From Syntrophales bacterium (GTDB lineage Bacteria; Desulfobacterota; Syntrophia; Syntrophales; PHBD01): DNA of 64,000 nucleotides. Both the position numbers and the translations under genes were made by a program. The stretch spans positions 1,376,001-1,440,000 of the forward strand of contig OY764159.1 of NCBI GenBank assembly GCA_963668175.1. The letters run 5' to 3'. The notes beneath the pieces are model-generated. The model did no database searches. It saw only the letters and a list, made by a program, of their open reading frames with translations, and was not told the DNA's origin. Shown here in pieces: positions 28,939 to 38,886 of the stretch (position 1 is the stretch's first letter; the number at the start of each line of letters is the position of its first letter).

Positions 28939-29595
28939 ATGATCGATTTTCACATCCACAGCCTCTTTTCCGACGGCGAACTGATCCCGGCGGAACTGGT
29001 CCGGCGGGCCGCCGTCCGGGGTTATGAAGCCATGGCGATTACCGATCACGGCGATATGTCCAATATCGACTTTATCATACCGCGGGTGGTCCAGGCCTGC
29101 CGCGCCCTCTCCGAGGCAAACGGCATACGTGTCATTCCCGGCATCGAACTGACGCATGTCCCCCCGAAGCAGATTGCCGAATTGGCCCGGGAAGCCCGGC
29201 GGCTCGGGGCCCGGATTGTCGTCGTCCACGGCGAAACCCTGGTGGAGCCGGTCGTACCGGGGACCAATACGGCAGCCCTTAAAGCCGAAGTCGATATCCT
29301 TGCCCATCCGGGGTTGATTTCCGAGGACGATGCGAAGCTTGCGAAAAAAAACGGTATCTTTCTCGAGATAACAGCGAGAAAAGGACACAGCCTGACCAAC
29401 GGCCATGTGGTTAAAATGGCGCGCAAATTCAAGGTCCCTATGGTCCTGAATACGGACAGCCACGCCCCCGGCGATCTTATCGACGACGCCATGGCGGAGG
29501 CGATCATCAGGGGCGCCGGTTTGGATGAAAAGGAAACGGAAACGGTTTTGGAGAACGCCAGGAAGCTGGCGGACAGGATCTGGGCCGGTAAGTGA
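28939..29595 (+). CDS. PHP-domain phosphoesterase (histidinol-phosphatase/YcdX-like)
   Basis: DFHIHSLFSDG, ITDH, GIELTHVPP, LAHPG, TDSH. Confidence 0.9.
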   Translation: MIDFHIHSLFSDGELIPAELVRRAAVRGYEAMAITDHGDMSNIDFIIPRVVQACRALSEANGIRVIPGIELTHVPPKQIAELAREARRLGARIVVVHGETLVEPVVPGTNTAALKAEVDILAHPGLISEDDAKLAKKNGIFLEITARKGHSLTNGHVVKMARKFKVPMVLNTDSHAPGDLIDDAMAEAIIRGAGLDEKETETVLENARKLADRIWAGK

Positions 29596-30875
29596 TGAAA
29601 CGTCAGCTGTACCCTGCCGCACGCACGGGGAATGAACGCAGGGATTCCCTGAAAATCTGCCTCCTGACCTACCGAGGAAACCCGACCTGCGGCGGCCAGG
29701 GCGTCTATATCAACTATCTGAGCCGGGCCCTCAGGGATTTGGGCCATGAGGTGGATGTCGTTTCGGGGCCGCCTTATCCGGAGCTCGCCGCCGATATCGC
29801 GCTCCATAAGCTTCCCGGCCTCGATCTGTACAATCCGGAACATCTGTTCAAACCGGAGCGATTCCGGGATCTGGCCTATCCCATCAACCAGTACGAGTTC
29901 CTCAGCATGTCCCTGGGCGGGTTTCCCGAACCCCTGACTTTCGGGCTCCGGACCTTCCGTCTCTTCCGTACGAACAGGCCGGCATACGACATCGTCCACG
30001 ACAACCAGTGCCTTTCCTACGGCCTTTTGGGGCTGCCCCGCATCGGCTTCCCCACGGTCGCGACGATCCACCACCCGATCTCCGTCGACCGGGCCACGGA
30101 AATGGCCGAGGCGGATACGTGGCGGAAGAAGCTCAAGATCATGCGCTGGTATTCGTTCCTCGGCATGCAGCGGCGCGTGTCCCGCCGCCTCTCCCGGATC
30201 ATCACCGTCTCGGAATGCTCCAAGCGGGACATCGGCGAGGCCTACCGCGTCTCCCCGGACAAGTTCCGGGTCGTGCCGAACGGTATCAATACAGACTATT
30301 TCTATCCCCTGCCGGAGGTGCGCCGGGACGAGGACCATCTCCTCGTGACGAACAGTGCCGATACGCCCCTCAAGGGTCTCAGATACCTGCTGGAGGCGGT
30401 GGCGGCGATCAGGAAGAAGAGGGCGGTCCGGCTCACGGTGATCGGCGAGCCCAAGCCGGACGGCCCGGTTGCCCGTCTGGTCGAACGGCTGGGGCTGAGC
30501 GGGGTCGTACGGTTTGCCGGCCGCATCGCCTACGAAGACTTTGCCCGCTATTATGCCGAAGCGACGCTGGCCGTGATTCCGTCCCTGTACGAAGGCTTCG
30601 GGATGCCCGCCGGCGAAGCAATGGCCTGTGGCATTCCCGTGATCAGCACCACCGGCGGCGCCCTGCCCGAAGTCGTCGGCGACGCGGGCGTTCTTGTGCC
30701 GCCCGGAGATGCGGGGGCCCTGGAGTCGGCGATAGTCGCCCTCCTCGATGATCCGGACCGGAGGCGGCGCCTCGGCGAGGCCGGGCTGGCCCGGGTCCAC
30801 GATTCCCTAACGTGGCGCCATGCGGCGCAAAAAACCGTGGATGTTTACCGGGAGGCGATCAATGCTCACCGTTGA
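29592..30875 (+). CDS. Glycosyltransferase family 4
   Basis: GGQGVY, VHDNQ, VPNG, PSLYEGFGMPAGEAMACG. Confidence 0.92.
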   Translation: MMKRQLYPAARTGNERRDSLKICLLTYRGNPTCGGQGVYINYLSRALRDLGHEVDVVSGPPYPELAADIALHKLPGLDLYNPEHLFKPERFRDLAYPINQYEFLSMSLGGFPEPLTFGLRTFRLFRTNRPAYDIVHDNQCLSYGLLGLPRIGFPTVATIHHPISVDRATEMAEADTWRKKLKIMRWYSFLGMQRRVSRRLSRIITVSECSKRDIGEAYRVSPDKFRVVPNGINTDYFYPLPEVRRDEDHLLVTNSADTPLKGLRYLLEAVAAIRKKRAVRLTVIGEPKPDGPVARLVERLGLSGVVRFAGRIAYEDFARYYAEATLAVIPSLYEGFGMPAGEAMACGIPVISTTGGALPEVVGDAGVLVPPGDAGALESAIVALLDDPDRRRRLGEAGLARVHDSLTWRHAAQKTVDVYREAINAHR

Positions 30876-31563
30876 TTTCGACAGGCTCGCCATCCGTCCG
30901 GGCATGAAGGTTCTCGATGCGGGCTGCGGCTCGGGCCGCCATGTCGGAACGGTTTACCGTCAGGACGGCATCGACGTTGCGGGCGTCGATCTCAACGAAG
31001 AGGATCTGGTGAAGGCGCGCTTCACGCTGAAGCTGACCGAAGGGCCGCGAAGCGGCTCGTGGACGGTCGCCAAAGCGGACGTAACAGGACTTCCCTTCCG
31101 GGACGAGGCCTTCGACCTCGTCATCTGTTCCGAGGTCCTGGAGCATATACACGATAACCGAGCTGCGGTCAGGGAGCTCTTCCGGGTCCTTAGGCCCGGC
31201 GGGAATCTCGTCGTCAGCGTCCCCCGCTTCTTCCCGGAGCGTATCTGCTGGGCCCTCTCCGACGGCTACAGCCGCGAACCCGGCGGCCACATCCGGATAT
31301 ACCGCAAGAAGGAACTTCTGGGCCTCCTGACGGACGGAGGCGGCCGCTGCACGGCCATCGCTTACAAGCACGGGCTCCATGCCCCTTACTGGTGGCTCAA
31401 GTGCCTCGTCGGTTATAAAAGGGAAGACTCCCTGCCGGTCAACCTCTATAAGAAATTTCTCGAGTGGGATATCATCAAACGTCCATACTTCACGCGGATT
31501 CTCGAAAGCCTCCTGAACCCGTTCATCGCCAAGAGCGTCGTCTTCTATCTGAGAAAGGGATAA
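30862..31563 (+). CDS. Class I SAM-dependent methyltransferase
   Basis: MLTVDF, VLDAGCGSGRH, SEVLEHI, GGHIRIY. Start at ATG 30862. Confidence 0.9.
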   Translation: MLTVDFDRLAIRPGMKVLDAGCGSGRHVGTVYRQDGIDVAGVDLNEEDLVKARFTLKLTEGPRSGSWTVAKADVTGLPFRDEAFDLVICSEVLEHIHDNRAAVRELFRVLRPGGNLVVSVPRFFPERICWALSDGYSREPGGHIRIYRKKELLGLLTDGGGRCTAIAYKHGLHAPYWWLKCLVGYKREDSLPVNLYKKFLEWDIIKRPYFTRILESLLNPFIAKSVVFYLRKG

Positions 31564-31569
31564 TACCGC

Positions 31570-32676
31570 ATGGAACTGAATATTTCGCGAAGCTCAAGCG
31601 CCCCGGTCATCGACGTGGAGGCCGTCGCCTCCTTCATCGCCGGCATCCAGAGGGAAGACGGGCAGATTCCGTGGTCCGAAGAGGGCAAGACCGACCCATG
31701 GGACCACGTGGAGTCGGCCATGGGCCTGAGTGTGGCGGGATACCGGGCTGAAGCCGAGCGGGCCTACGGCTGGATGGCGGCAACCCAGTTGGAAGACGGA
31801 AGCTGGTGGGCGGCTCTCAAGGACAATGTCACCGTCGACAAGACCAAGGACGCGAATTTCTCGTCCTATATCGCCGTCGGCGTTTTCCATCACTACCTGA
31901 TCACCGGCGACGGCCCCTTCCTGAAAGCGATGTGGCCGACCGTCCGGAAAGGGATCGACTATGCGCTCCGCCTCCAGGCGCCGGGCGGAGAAGTCTACTG
32001 GGCCAGAAACGGCGAAGGCGTGGCCGATCCCATGGCCCTTCTCACCGGCTGCAGCTCCATCTTCATGAGTATCAAGTGCGCTTTGGCGATTGCCTCCCGC
32101 CTCGGGGAAAAGATGCCCGCCTGGGAGCAGGCCCTTGCGAGACTGGGAGAGGCGATAAGGAATAAGCCGAATCTCTTCAATATGATGAAAGCCCGTTATT
32201 CGATGGATTGGTATTATCCCGTCCTCTGCGGGGCCGTGACGGGCGCCGAGGCGCGGAAGAGAATCGATAAATCATGGGACAAGTTCGTTGTTCCGGACTG
32301 GGGGGTCCGCTGTGTCTCCGACCGGCCCTGGGTGACCGTGGCGGAGACCGCCGAACTGGTGATCGCCCTGACGGCCATCGGCGAGCACGAGCGGGCCAAG
32401 GCCGTCTTCAGTTGGATCTGCGACAAGCGGTTCGACGACGGGGCCTTCTGGATGGGTGTTACTTTCCCGGACCGCGTCGTCTGGCCCGAAGAGAAGACGG
32501 CCTGGACGGCGGCCGCGGTGCTTTTGGCCCATGACGCCCTTCACGGTCTGAGTCCCTCCGGACGGCTTTTTGCCCACGATATGTGGGACGGCCATGGATT
32601 CAGGGAGGAGGAACCGGCCCGGGTGAAGCAGGTTGGTTCCTGTCCGCTTCCGGCGAATGAAACCTTAAGAGGTTAA
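31570..32676 (+). CDS. Prenyltransferase/squalene-cyclase-like alpha-helical barrel protein of unknown function
   Basis: [26 protein letters not shown] (QW-like repeats), [19 protein letters not shown]. Confidence 0.7.
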   Translation: MELNISRSSSAPVIDVEAVASFIAGIQREDGQIPWSEEGKTDPWDHVESAMGLSVAGYRAEAERAYGWMAATQLEDGSWWAALKDNVTVDKTKDANFSSYIAVGVFHHYLITGDGPFLKAMWPTVRKGIDYALRLQAPGGEVYWARNGEGVADPMALLTGCSSIFMSIKCALAIASRLGEKMPAWEQALARLGEAIRNKPNLFNMMKARYSMDWYYPVLCGAVTGAEARKRIDKSWDKFVVPDWGVRCVSDRPWVTVAETAELVIALTAIGEHERAKAVFSWICDKRFDDGAFWMGVTFPDRVVWPEEKTAWTAAAVLLAHDALHGLSPSGRLFAHDMWDGHGFREEEPARVKQVGSCPLPANETLRG

Positions 32677-32680
32677 AGCG

Positions 32681-33403
32681 TTGCTGCGAGACCACCGGCC
32701 GTATATCCTCAAACGGATGGATATCCTGTTCCAACTGTGGTATGCCCGGCATTTCCTGCGGCCCGCCTTCGAATCCCTAGGCGAAGGGGCGCTCTTTATG
32801 AAACCCTGGCACGTCGAGGTCTTTGGAGGGCCGATATCCCTGGGACGTTATGCCAACGTCATCGCCACACCCGACAAGAAGGTCCGCCTCACTGTCTGGT
32901 CCGGCATGGACGAAAAAGGATCGATCGCCATCGGCGATTATGCCCTGATCTGTCCCGGCGTGAGGATTCTGGCGGCCCGTGAGATCAGGATAGGCGCCAG
33001 TTGCATGTTCGCCCAGGGGGCCCTGGTGACCGATTCGGACTGGCACGGCATTTACGACCGCGCCGTTTCTGTGGGACAAAGCGAACCGGTGGCCATCGGC
33101 GAGAATGTCTGGATCGGGGACAGCGCCATGGTGGGAAAGGGCGTGACGATAGGCGACAACAGCATCGTCGGAGCGGGGGCGGTTGTCGTCCGCGATGTAC
33201 CCGCGAATGTCGTTGTCGCCGGTAATCCCGCAACAGTGGTTAAGGAACTGGATGCTGCGCGCGAGATGAGAACGCGCGCCGACTGGTTCGCCGATCCCGA
33301 GCACCTGGCCGCCCAGTTCGCCGAAATCGACCGCCACACGATGAAAGGAAACACCTGGCTGGGCTGGCTGCGTTCCGTTTTCTTTCCCCGCCGGGGCGAT
33401 TGA
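32681..33403 (+). CDS. Hexapeptide-repeat (LbH) O-acyltransferase
   Basis: [10 protein letters not shown] and IGENVWIG...[21 protein letters not shown]...GNPA. Confidence 0.9.
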   Translation: MLRDHRPYILKRMDILFQLWYARHFLRPAFESLGEGALFMKPWHVEVFGGPISLGRYANVIATPDKKVRLTVWSGMDEKGSIAIGDYALICPGVRILAAREIRIGASCMFAQGALVTDSDWHGIYDRAVSVGQSEPVAIGENVWIGDSAMVGKGVTIGDNSIVGAGAVVVRDVPANVVVAGNPATVVKELDAAREMRTRADWFADPEHLAAQFAEIDRHTMKGNTWLGWLRSVFFPRRGD

Positions 33404-33459
33404 GGGCATTCCGGGCGCAGACAGCCGCACGGGAACCATTTTCAAGGTTTTGACATTTT

Positions 33460-35043
33460 ATGAAAGTTGCAATCATCGCCCCGCCGTATCCTCTGACCGA
33501 GGCCCCGGCGCCGCCTCTCGGCGTTACATACGTCGCCGCCGCCTTCGAAGCGGCAGGCGCGGAGGTGCGGGTCTTCGATTATATCGTCGGTTGCTATACG
33601 CCGGAGCGTCTTGCCGCCGCCCTGGACGATTTCAAGCCCGATGTGGCGGGGGCAACCTCCGTGACCCTCAACTTCCCTGCGGCAGCCGCCATTATCAAGG
33701 CCGTCAAGGAGCACGATCCTTCCATCATTACGATGATGGGCGGTCCGCACGTTTCGTTCGACGCCCTGAACAGCCTGGAGACGTACCCGGAGATCGACAT
33801 CGTCGTCATGGGAGAAGGGGAGGCGACGATCGCCGAGCTTACGCCCCTGATCGGCGACCGCCGAGCCTGGCGCCGGGTCCGCGGCATCGCCTTCCGCGAC
33901 GGTGGCCAGATCACCATCAACGAGCCGCGAGACTGGATCGAAAACCTCGATTCGCTGCCCCTGCCCGCCCGCCATCTTCTTCCTCTATCAAAGTACCGGG
34001 CTCTGGGGTTTCCCATCAGCATCACGACCAGCCGCGGCTGCCCCTACGGATGCATCTTCTGCCAGGGACGGCGGATGGTGGGGAGCAAAATCAGGCTCCG
34101 GAGCGCATCCTCCGTTGTCGCCGAGATCGAAGACATCATGTCCTACGGCATCGACCGGATCAACGTAGCCGACGATCTCTTTGCCTCGAACAAGGAGAGA
34201 GTCCGGGAGATCTGCGAGGCGATCCGGGACAGGAAGCTCAAATTCGCCTGGAGCGCCTTCGCGCGCGTAAATACCGTCGACAAGGAGACGCTGCGGATGA
34301 TGCGGCGCGCCGGCTGCGACAGCGTGAGTTTCGGCGTGGAGTCGGGAAACCAGGAGATGCTCGACCGGATCAGGAAGGGCATCACCCTGGAGAAGGTCCG
34401 GAAGGCCGTCGATCTTTGCCGGGAGGTGGGTATGACGGTGCACACGTCTTTCATCGTGGGTCTTCCCGGAGAATCGCCGGCGACCCTCCAGGACACGAAG
34501 CGATTCGCCCGCAGCCTCGGGGCCCTTTACGGGTATCACTTCCTGACGCCGTTTCCGGGGACCACCGTCCGCGAGCGGATCGAGGACTACGACCTGGAAA
34601 TCCTGACCGACGACTGGACCCGCTACGACGCCAACAGCGCCATCGTCCGGACGTCGCAGCTCTCGCCGGGGGACATTGAACGGTTCGTTGCCGAATACGA
34701 CCGTGAGATCGACAAGGCATGGCAGAAGATGATCCAGGGGTACTATCGGAAAACAAATTACCCCCAGGACGACATGAAGGTGGAAGGCCATTTCCGGACC
34801 CAGCTCATTTTCCAGATCCTGTCGGAAGATTTGGTGGAGGCGTTCGGCACCTTTCCCATCGATGCCTTGGGCTACGAAACGGCCAACATGCTTGCCATCA
34901 GGATCGAAGAACACACGGCTGCCGAGCCGGCCCTGGTCCGCAAGGTCATTGCCGATTTTGTGCACAGGGGTTATATCAAGTCGGCCATATCCGGGGGGAA
35001 GGTGGTCTGGTCCTGGACGCGCAACAACCGCTGCGACCGCTAG
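33460..35043 (+). CDS. Cobalamin-binding radical SAM protein (class B-like)
   Basis: PPLGVTY, GGPHVS and GEGE in the B12 domain. SRGCPYGCIFC CxxxCxxC motif, GVESG. Confidence 0.92.
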   Translation: MKVAIIAPPYPLTEAPAPPLGVTYVAAAFEAAGAEVRVFDYIVGCYTPERLAAALDDFKPDVAGATSVTLNFPAAAAIIKAVKEHDPSIITMMGGPHVSFDALNSLETYPEIDIVVMGEGEATIAELTPLIGDRRAWRRVRGIAFRDGGQITINEPRDWIENLDSLPLPARHLLPLSKYRALGFPISITTSRGCPYGCIFCQGRRMVGSKIRLRSASSVVAEIEDIMSYGIDRINVADDLFASNKERVREICEAIRDRKLKFAWSAFARVNTVDKETLRMMRRAGCDSVSFGVESGNQEMLDRIRKGITLEKVRKAVDLCREVGMTVHTSFIVGLPGESPATLQDTKRFARSLGALYGYHFLTPFPGTTVRERIEDYDLEILTDDWTRYDANSAIVRTSQLSPGDIERFVAEYDREIDKAWQKMIQGYYRKTNYPQDDMKVEGHFRTQLIFQILSEDLVEAFGTFPIDALGYETANMLAIRIEEHTAAEPALVRKVIADFVHRGYIKSAISGGKVVWSWTRNNRCDR

Positions 35044-35705
35044 GGTTGGATGTCCCGCCAGCGCTTGCAGGCCGTGGCCGTCGGCTCTCCACCCGCCCTC
35101 TTCAATATCCCCAATGTGTTCACCATCGGCAGTTCCGTAAAGAGGCCCGAAGACAAAGCCATCTCATAGAGGCAGCGGGGGGCCTGTCCTCCCAGGGCGG
35201 GGTCGGGGAAAATATCGTGAATGACGAGGAACCCCCCGGGCATCAGGTGGGACACCCAGCATTGATAGTCCGTACAGGCGGCCTCCCAGGTGTGTCCGCC
35301 GTCGATGAAGAGAAGGCTGATGGGCGTTCGCCACGCCCTGGCTGCGACCTCCGAGGAGGAGACGATGGGCACGACGGTCTCTTCCAGATCAAGTCCGGCA
35401 AGGGTCTTGCGGAAGAAGCGGAATGTATCGACGGCGCCTGTTGCCGGATCGATCAGTTCCGGGTCGAAATAGGCCTGCCCCGGCTGCTGTTCTTCCGATC
35501 CCCGGTGGTGGTCGATCGAGAAGAGGATGCCGCCGTTTTGCTTGCAGCCCATGCCGAGATAGGCGGCGGAACGGCCGCAATAGCTTCCGATTTCGAGGCA
35601 CGGGCCCATGCGGCTCGCTTCCCGGGCCAATTCGAAAAGACGGACCACCTCCTCGTAAGCCATGAAGCCTTTCAGCGGCAGGGCGGCCAGTTCGGAAATG
35701 TCCAT
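35040..35705 (-). CDS. Class I SAM-dependent methyltransferase (Methyltransf_24-like)
   Basis: KGFM, LEIGSYCGRS, IDHHRGSEEQQPG, LFIDGGH, HDIF. ATG 35705 follows GGAGG. Confidence 0.88.
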   Translation of the reverse strand: MDISELAALPLKGFMAYEEVVRLFELAREASRMGPCLEIGSYCGRSAAYLGMGCKQNGGILFSIDHHRGSEEQQPGQAYFDPELIDPATGAVDTFRFFRKTLAGLDLEETVVPIVSSSEVAARAWRTPISLLFIDGGHTWEAACTDYQCWVSHLMPGGFLVIHDIFPDPALGGQAPRCLYEMALSSGLFTELPMVNTLGILKRAGGEPTATACKRWRDIQP

Positions 35706-35978
35706 TCGAGATGCCTCCATGCAGACGGGAAGATGATCTGTCGGTCCGATATCCCTGCTATTGCGGGCGGCAAATCGGTTGTATATCGTCCATGGACTGC
35801 GGCCGGCGCTTTTCGGCAAGATCTTGGGCGGCAGCGGCATTCTACATAGCATGCCGCAGAGATTCAGACCAGCGGTATCGCACCGTCATGTCCGGACCTT
35901 CATCGCGATCTTGTCCAATATCCTATAATCCTTACCAATCTCCCTGCCATGAAAATAATACGGTTTTTCCCTTGCGAA

Positions 35979-36025
35979 TAACCATATGTGGTGGTATTGT
36001 CCATTCCTGCCCCAATATCTTGGGG
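35979..36025 (+). promoter_or_regulatory. Tandem NrdR boxes
   Basis: TAACCATATGTGGTGG (35979) and CCCCAATATCTTGGGG (36010), 31 nt apart, upstream of nrdD. Confidence 0.8.
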
Positions 36026-36074
36026 TTCCGGTTTAATATATTCTTTATACTTCTCTTAAAACTGGGGGCATTTT

Positions 36075-38168
36075 ATGTACGGCAAGGTCAAGAAGAGGGA
36101 TGGTCGTCTGGTTCAGTTCGATGCGGAAAAAATCACCAATGCTATTGAAAAAGCGGGTGCCGCCACCGGAGAATTCGATACCAAGGCGGCCCGCAGGCTG
36201 ACCATCCGCGTTCTCAATCTCGCCGAAAAGCTTTTTGACAGCAAACTCATGACCGTCGAGGAGATTCAGGACATCGTCGAAGAGGTGCTCCTTTCATCCG
36301 TTTACCGAAAGACGGCCAAGGCCTATATCATTTACCGCGATCAGCACGCCCGGCTCCGGGAAATCGCCCAGAAGATGGAAGTCGATCTCGTCGACCAGTA
36401 CCTGAAAAAACTGGACTGGAAGATCAACGAGAACAGCAATATGGATTATTCCCTCCAGGGCCTCAACAACTACATCTCCTCCGAGGTCAGCAAGGTCTAC
36501 TGGCTCAACGAAATCTACGCCCCGGAGGTCCGTAAGGCCCACACTGACGGCGATTTCCATATCCACGATTTGAGTCTGCTCTCCGTTTACTGCGTCGGCT
36601 GGGACCTTTACGACCTCCTCCTGGAAGGCTTTAAAGGGGTGTCGGGCAAGGTGGAGAGCCGGCCGGCCAACCATCTTCGGAGCGCCCTCGGGCAGATCGT
36701 CAATTTTTTCTACACCCTCCAGGGCGAGGCCGCGGGCGCCCAGGCGTTTTCCAACTTCGATACGCTGCTCGCCCCCTTCATCCGTTACGACGGCCTGAAA
36801 TACCAGGAGATCAAGCAGGCCCTCCAGGAATTCATCTTCAATATCAACGTCCCGACGCGGGTCGGCTTTCAGACGCCTTTCACCAACGTGACGCTCGATG
36901 TCACGGTTCCCAGGTACTACGCCGACCAGAACGTGATCATCGGCGGCAAGCCTCAGGGCGAGACGTACCGCGAATTCCAGGCGGAGATGGACCTCTTCAA
37001 CAAGGCCTTCCTGGAAGTGATGGCCGAAGGGGACGCCAAGGGACGGGTCTTCACCTTTCCCATCCCGACCTACAACATCACGAAGGATTTCTGCTGGGAC
37101 GATCCCAAGCTCGAAGGCCTCTGGGAGATGACGGCCAAGTACGGCGTTCCCTACTTTTCCAATTTCGTCAACTCCGACATGCATCCCGAGGACGCCCGCA
37201 GCATGTGCTGCCGGCTCCGGATCGACAACCGGGAGCTGGAAAAGAGGGGAGGGGGGCTCTTCGGGTCCAATCCCCTGACCGGTTCCATCGGCGTTATCAC
37301 GATCAACATGCCCCGGATCGGTTATCTGTCGAAGAGTGAGGACGATTTCGTAAAAAGGCTGGAGAAACTGATGCTCGTCGCCCGTGAAAGCCTGGAGACG
37401 AAGCGGAAGGTGCTGGAAAGTTTCACGGAAGGGAATCTCTACCCCTATACAAAATACTATCTCCGCAATATCCGGGAGCGTTTCGGCGAATACTGGAAGA
37501 ACCATTTCTCCACCATCGGTCTCGTCGGTATGAACGAGGCCTGCCTTAACCTTCTCGACAAGAGCATCGGTTCGCCGGAGGGACAGGCCTTCGCCCGGAG
37601 GATCCTCGATTTCATGCGGGCGAAGCTCATCGAGTTCCAGGAGGATACAGGCAACAATTACAACCTGGAATCGACGCCCGCCGAAGGCGCGTCCTACCGC
37701 CTGGCGAAAATGGACAAGGAGAAATACCCCGACATCGTCTGCGCCAATGAAAGCGGATTCCGCGAGAAGGCCGCCGAGCCGTTTTACACCAATTCCACGC
37801 AGCTGCCCGTCAACTTCACGGACGATATCTTCGCCGCCCTGGACCTTCAGGACGAGATTCAGATCAAGTATACGGGCGGCACGGTCTTCCACGCCTTCGC
37901 CGGGGAGAGGATCAGCGATCCCGCCGCGGTCAAGAAACTGGTCCGGAAAATCTGCATGAATTACCGCCTGCCCTATCTCACCTTCACGCCGACGTTCAGC
38001 GTTTGCCCGTCTCACGGGTATCTGCCCGGAGAAAACGAGACATGCCCGACCTGTCGGGAAGCGTGCGAGGTCTATTCACGCGTGGTGGGTTACCTGCGGC
38101 CCGTAAAGCAATGGAACAAGGGCAAGCAGGTCGAATTCAATATGCGGAAGGTTTATCAGATCGGATAA
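36075..38168 (+). CDS. nrdD: Anaerobic (class III) ribonucleoside-triphosphate reductase with ATP cone
   Basis: VKKRDG ATP cone, HIHDL, SMCCRL, TPAEG, CPSH...CPTC, and YSRVVGYLRP glycyl-radical loop. Confidence 0.97.
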   Translation: MYGKVKKRDGRLVQFDAEKITNAIEKAGAATGEFDTKAARRLTIRVLNLAEKLFDSKLMTVEEIQDIVEEVLLSSVYRKTAKAYIIYRDQHARLREIAQKMEVDLVDQYLKKLDWKINENSNMDYSLQGLNNYISSEVSKVYWLNEIYAPEVRKAHTDGDFHIHDLSLLSVYCVGWDLYDLLLEGFKGVSGKVESRPANHLRSALGQIVNFFYTLQGEAAGAQAFSNFDTLLAPFIRYDGLKYQEIKQALQEFIFNINVPTRVGFQTPFTNVTLDVTVPRYYADQNVIIGGKPQGETYREFQAEMDLFNKAFLEVMAEGDAKGRVFTFPIPTYNITKDFCWDDPKLEGLWEMTAKYGVPYFSNFVNSDMHPEDARSMCCRLRIDNRELEKRGGGLFGSNPLTGSIGVITINMPRIGYLSKSEDDFVKRLEKLMLVARESLETKRKVLESFTEGNLYPYTKYYLRNIRERFGEYWKNHFSTIGLVGMNEACLNLLDKSIGSPEGQAFARRILDFMRAKLIEFQEDTGNNYNLESTPAEGASYRLAKMDKEKYPDIVCANESGFREKAAEPFYTNSTQLPVNFTDDIFAALDLQDEIQIKYTGGTVFHAFAGERISDPAAVKKLVRKICMNYRLPYLTFTPTFSVCPSHGYLPGENETCPTCREACEVYSRVVGYLRPVKQWNKGKQVEFNMRKVYQIG

Positions 38169-38857
38169 TGAGAATCGGAGGCTGGCACAAGGTATCCTTG
38201 ATCGACTACCCAGGGGAGATCTGCGCGACGGTCTTTCTCCAGGGGTGCAACTTCCGTTGTCCCTACTGTCACAACCCGGAGCTTGTCGATCCCGATCGCA
38301 TCGGCGGCAGCCAGCCGGTGGACGATTTCCTGGAATATCTGGAAAGCCGCCGCGGCAAGCTGGATGCCGTCACGGTGAGCGGCGGCGAGCCGACGCTCCA
38401 GCCGGACCTTCCGGCCTTCATCAAAGAAATCCGCGCGCTGGGTTTCAAAATCAAGCTCGACACCAACGGTTCCCGCCCTGCCGTTCTCGACGGCCTGATC
38501 CGTGATCGCATCGTCGATTACATCGCCATGGACATCAAGGGTCCCTTGTCCAGGTACCGGCAGATTACGGGTTCGGATGTGGCGCCGGAGGTGATCGAGC
38601 GCAGCATCGACCTCGTCAAGACCTCCGGTGTCGCCTACGAGTTCCGCACCACGGCGGTCAAATCCCTGCTGGCACCGGCCGAGATGGACGCTATCGGAAA
38701 GTCGCTTGAAAAAGCCGACCGGTATGTGTTAAACAGATTCGTCGCGGCACAGATGCTCGATCATGCCTATTGCCGGGAAGAGTCGTATTCGGAAAGTGAC
38801 TTTCAGGCCGTAGTGCCGGTCCTGAAAAAATACGTTTCGCAGGTGCTCTTCCGTTAG
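38168..38857 (+). CDS. nrdG: Anaerobic RNR activating radical SAM enzyme
   Basis: SLIDYPG, GCNFRCPYCHNP, SGGEPT, KLDTNG. The ATG overlaps the nrdD stop. Confidence 0.93.
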   Translation: MRIGGWHKVSLIDYPGEICATVFLQGCNFRCPYCHNPELVDPDRIGGSQPVDDFLEYLESRRGKLDAVTVSGGEPTLQPDLPAFIKEIRALGFKIKLDTNGSRPAVLDGLIRDRIVDYIAMDIKGPLSRYRQITGSDVAPEVIERSIDLVKTSGVAYEFRTTAVKSLLAPAEMDAIGKSLEKADRYVLNRFVAAQMLDHAYCREESYSESDFQAVVPVLKKYVSQVLFR

Positions 38858-38886
38858 CATGTCTTAAATCCATTGAACGGAGCCTT

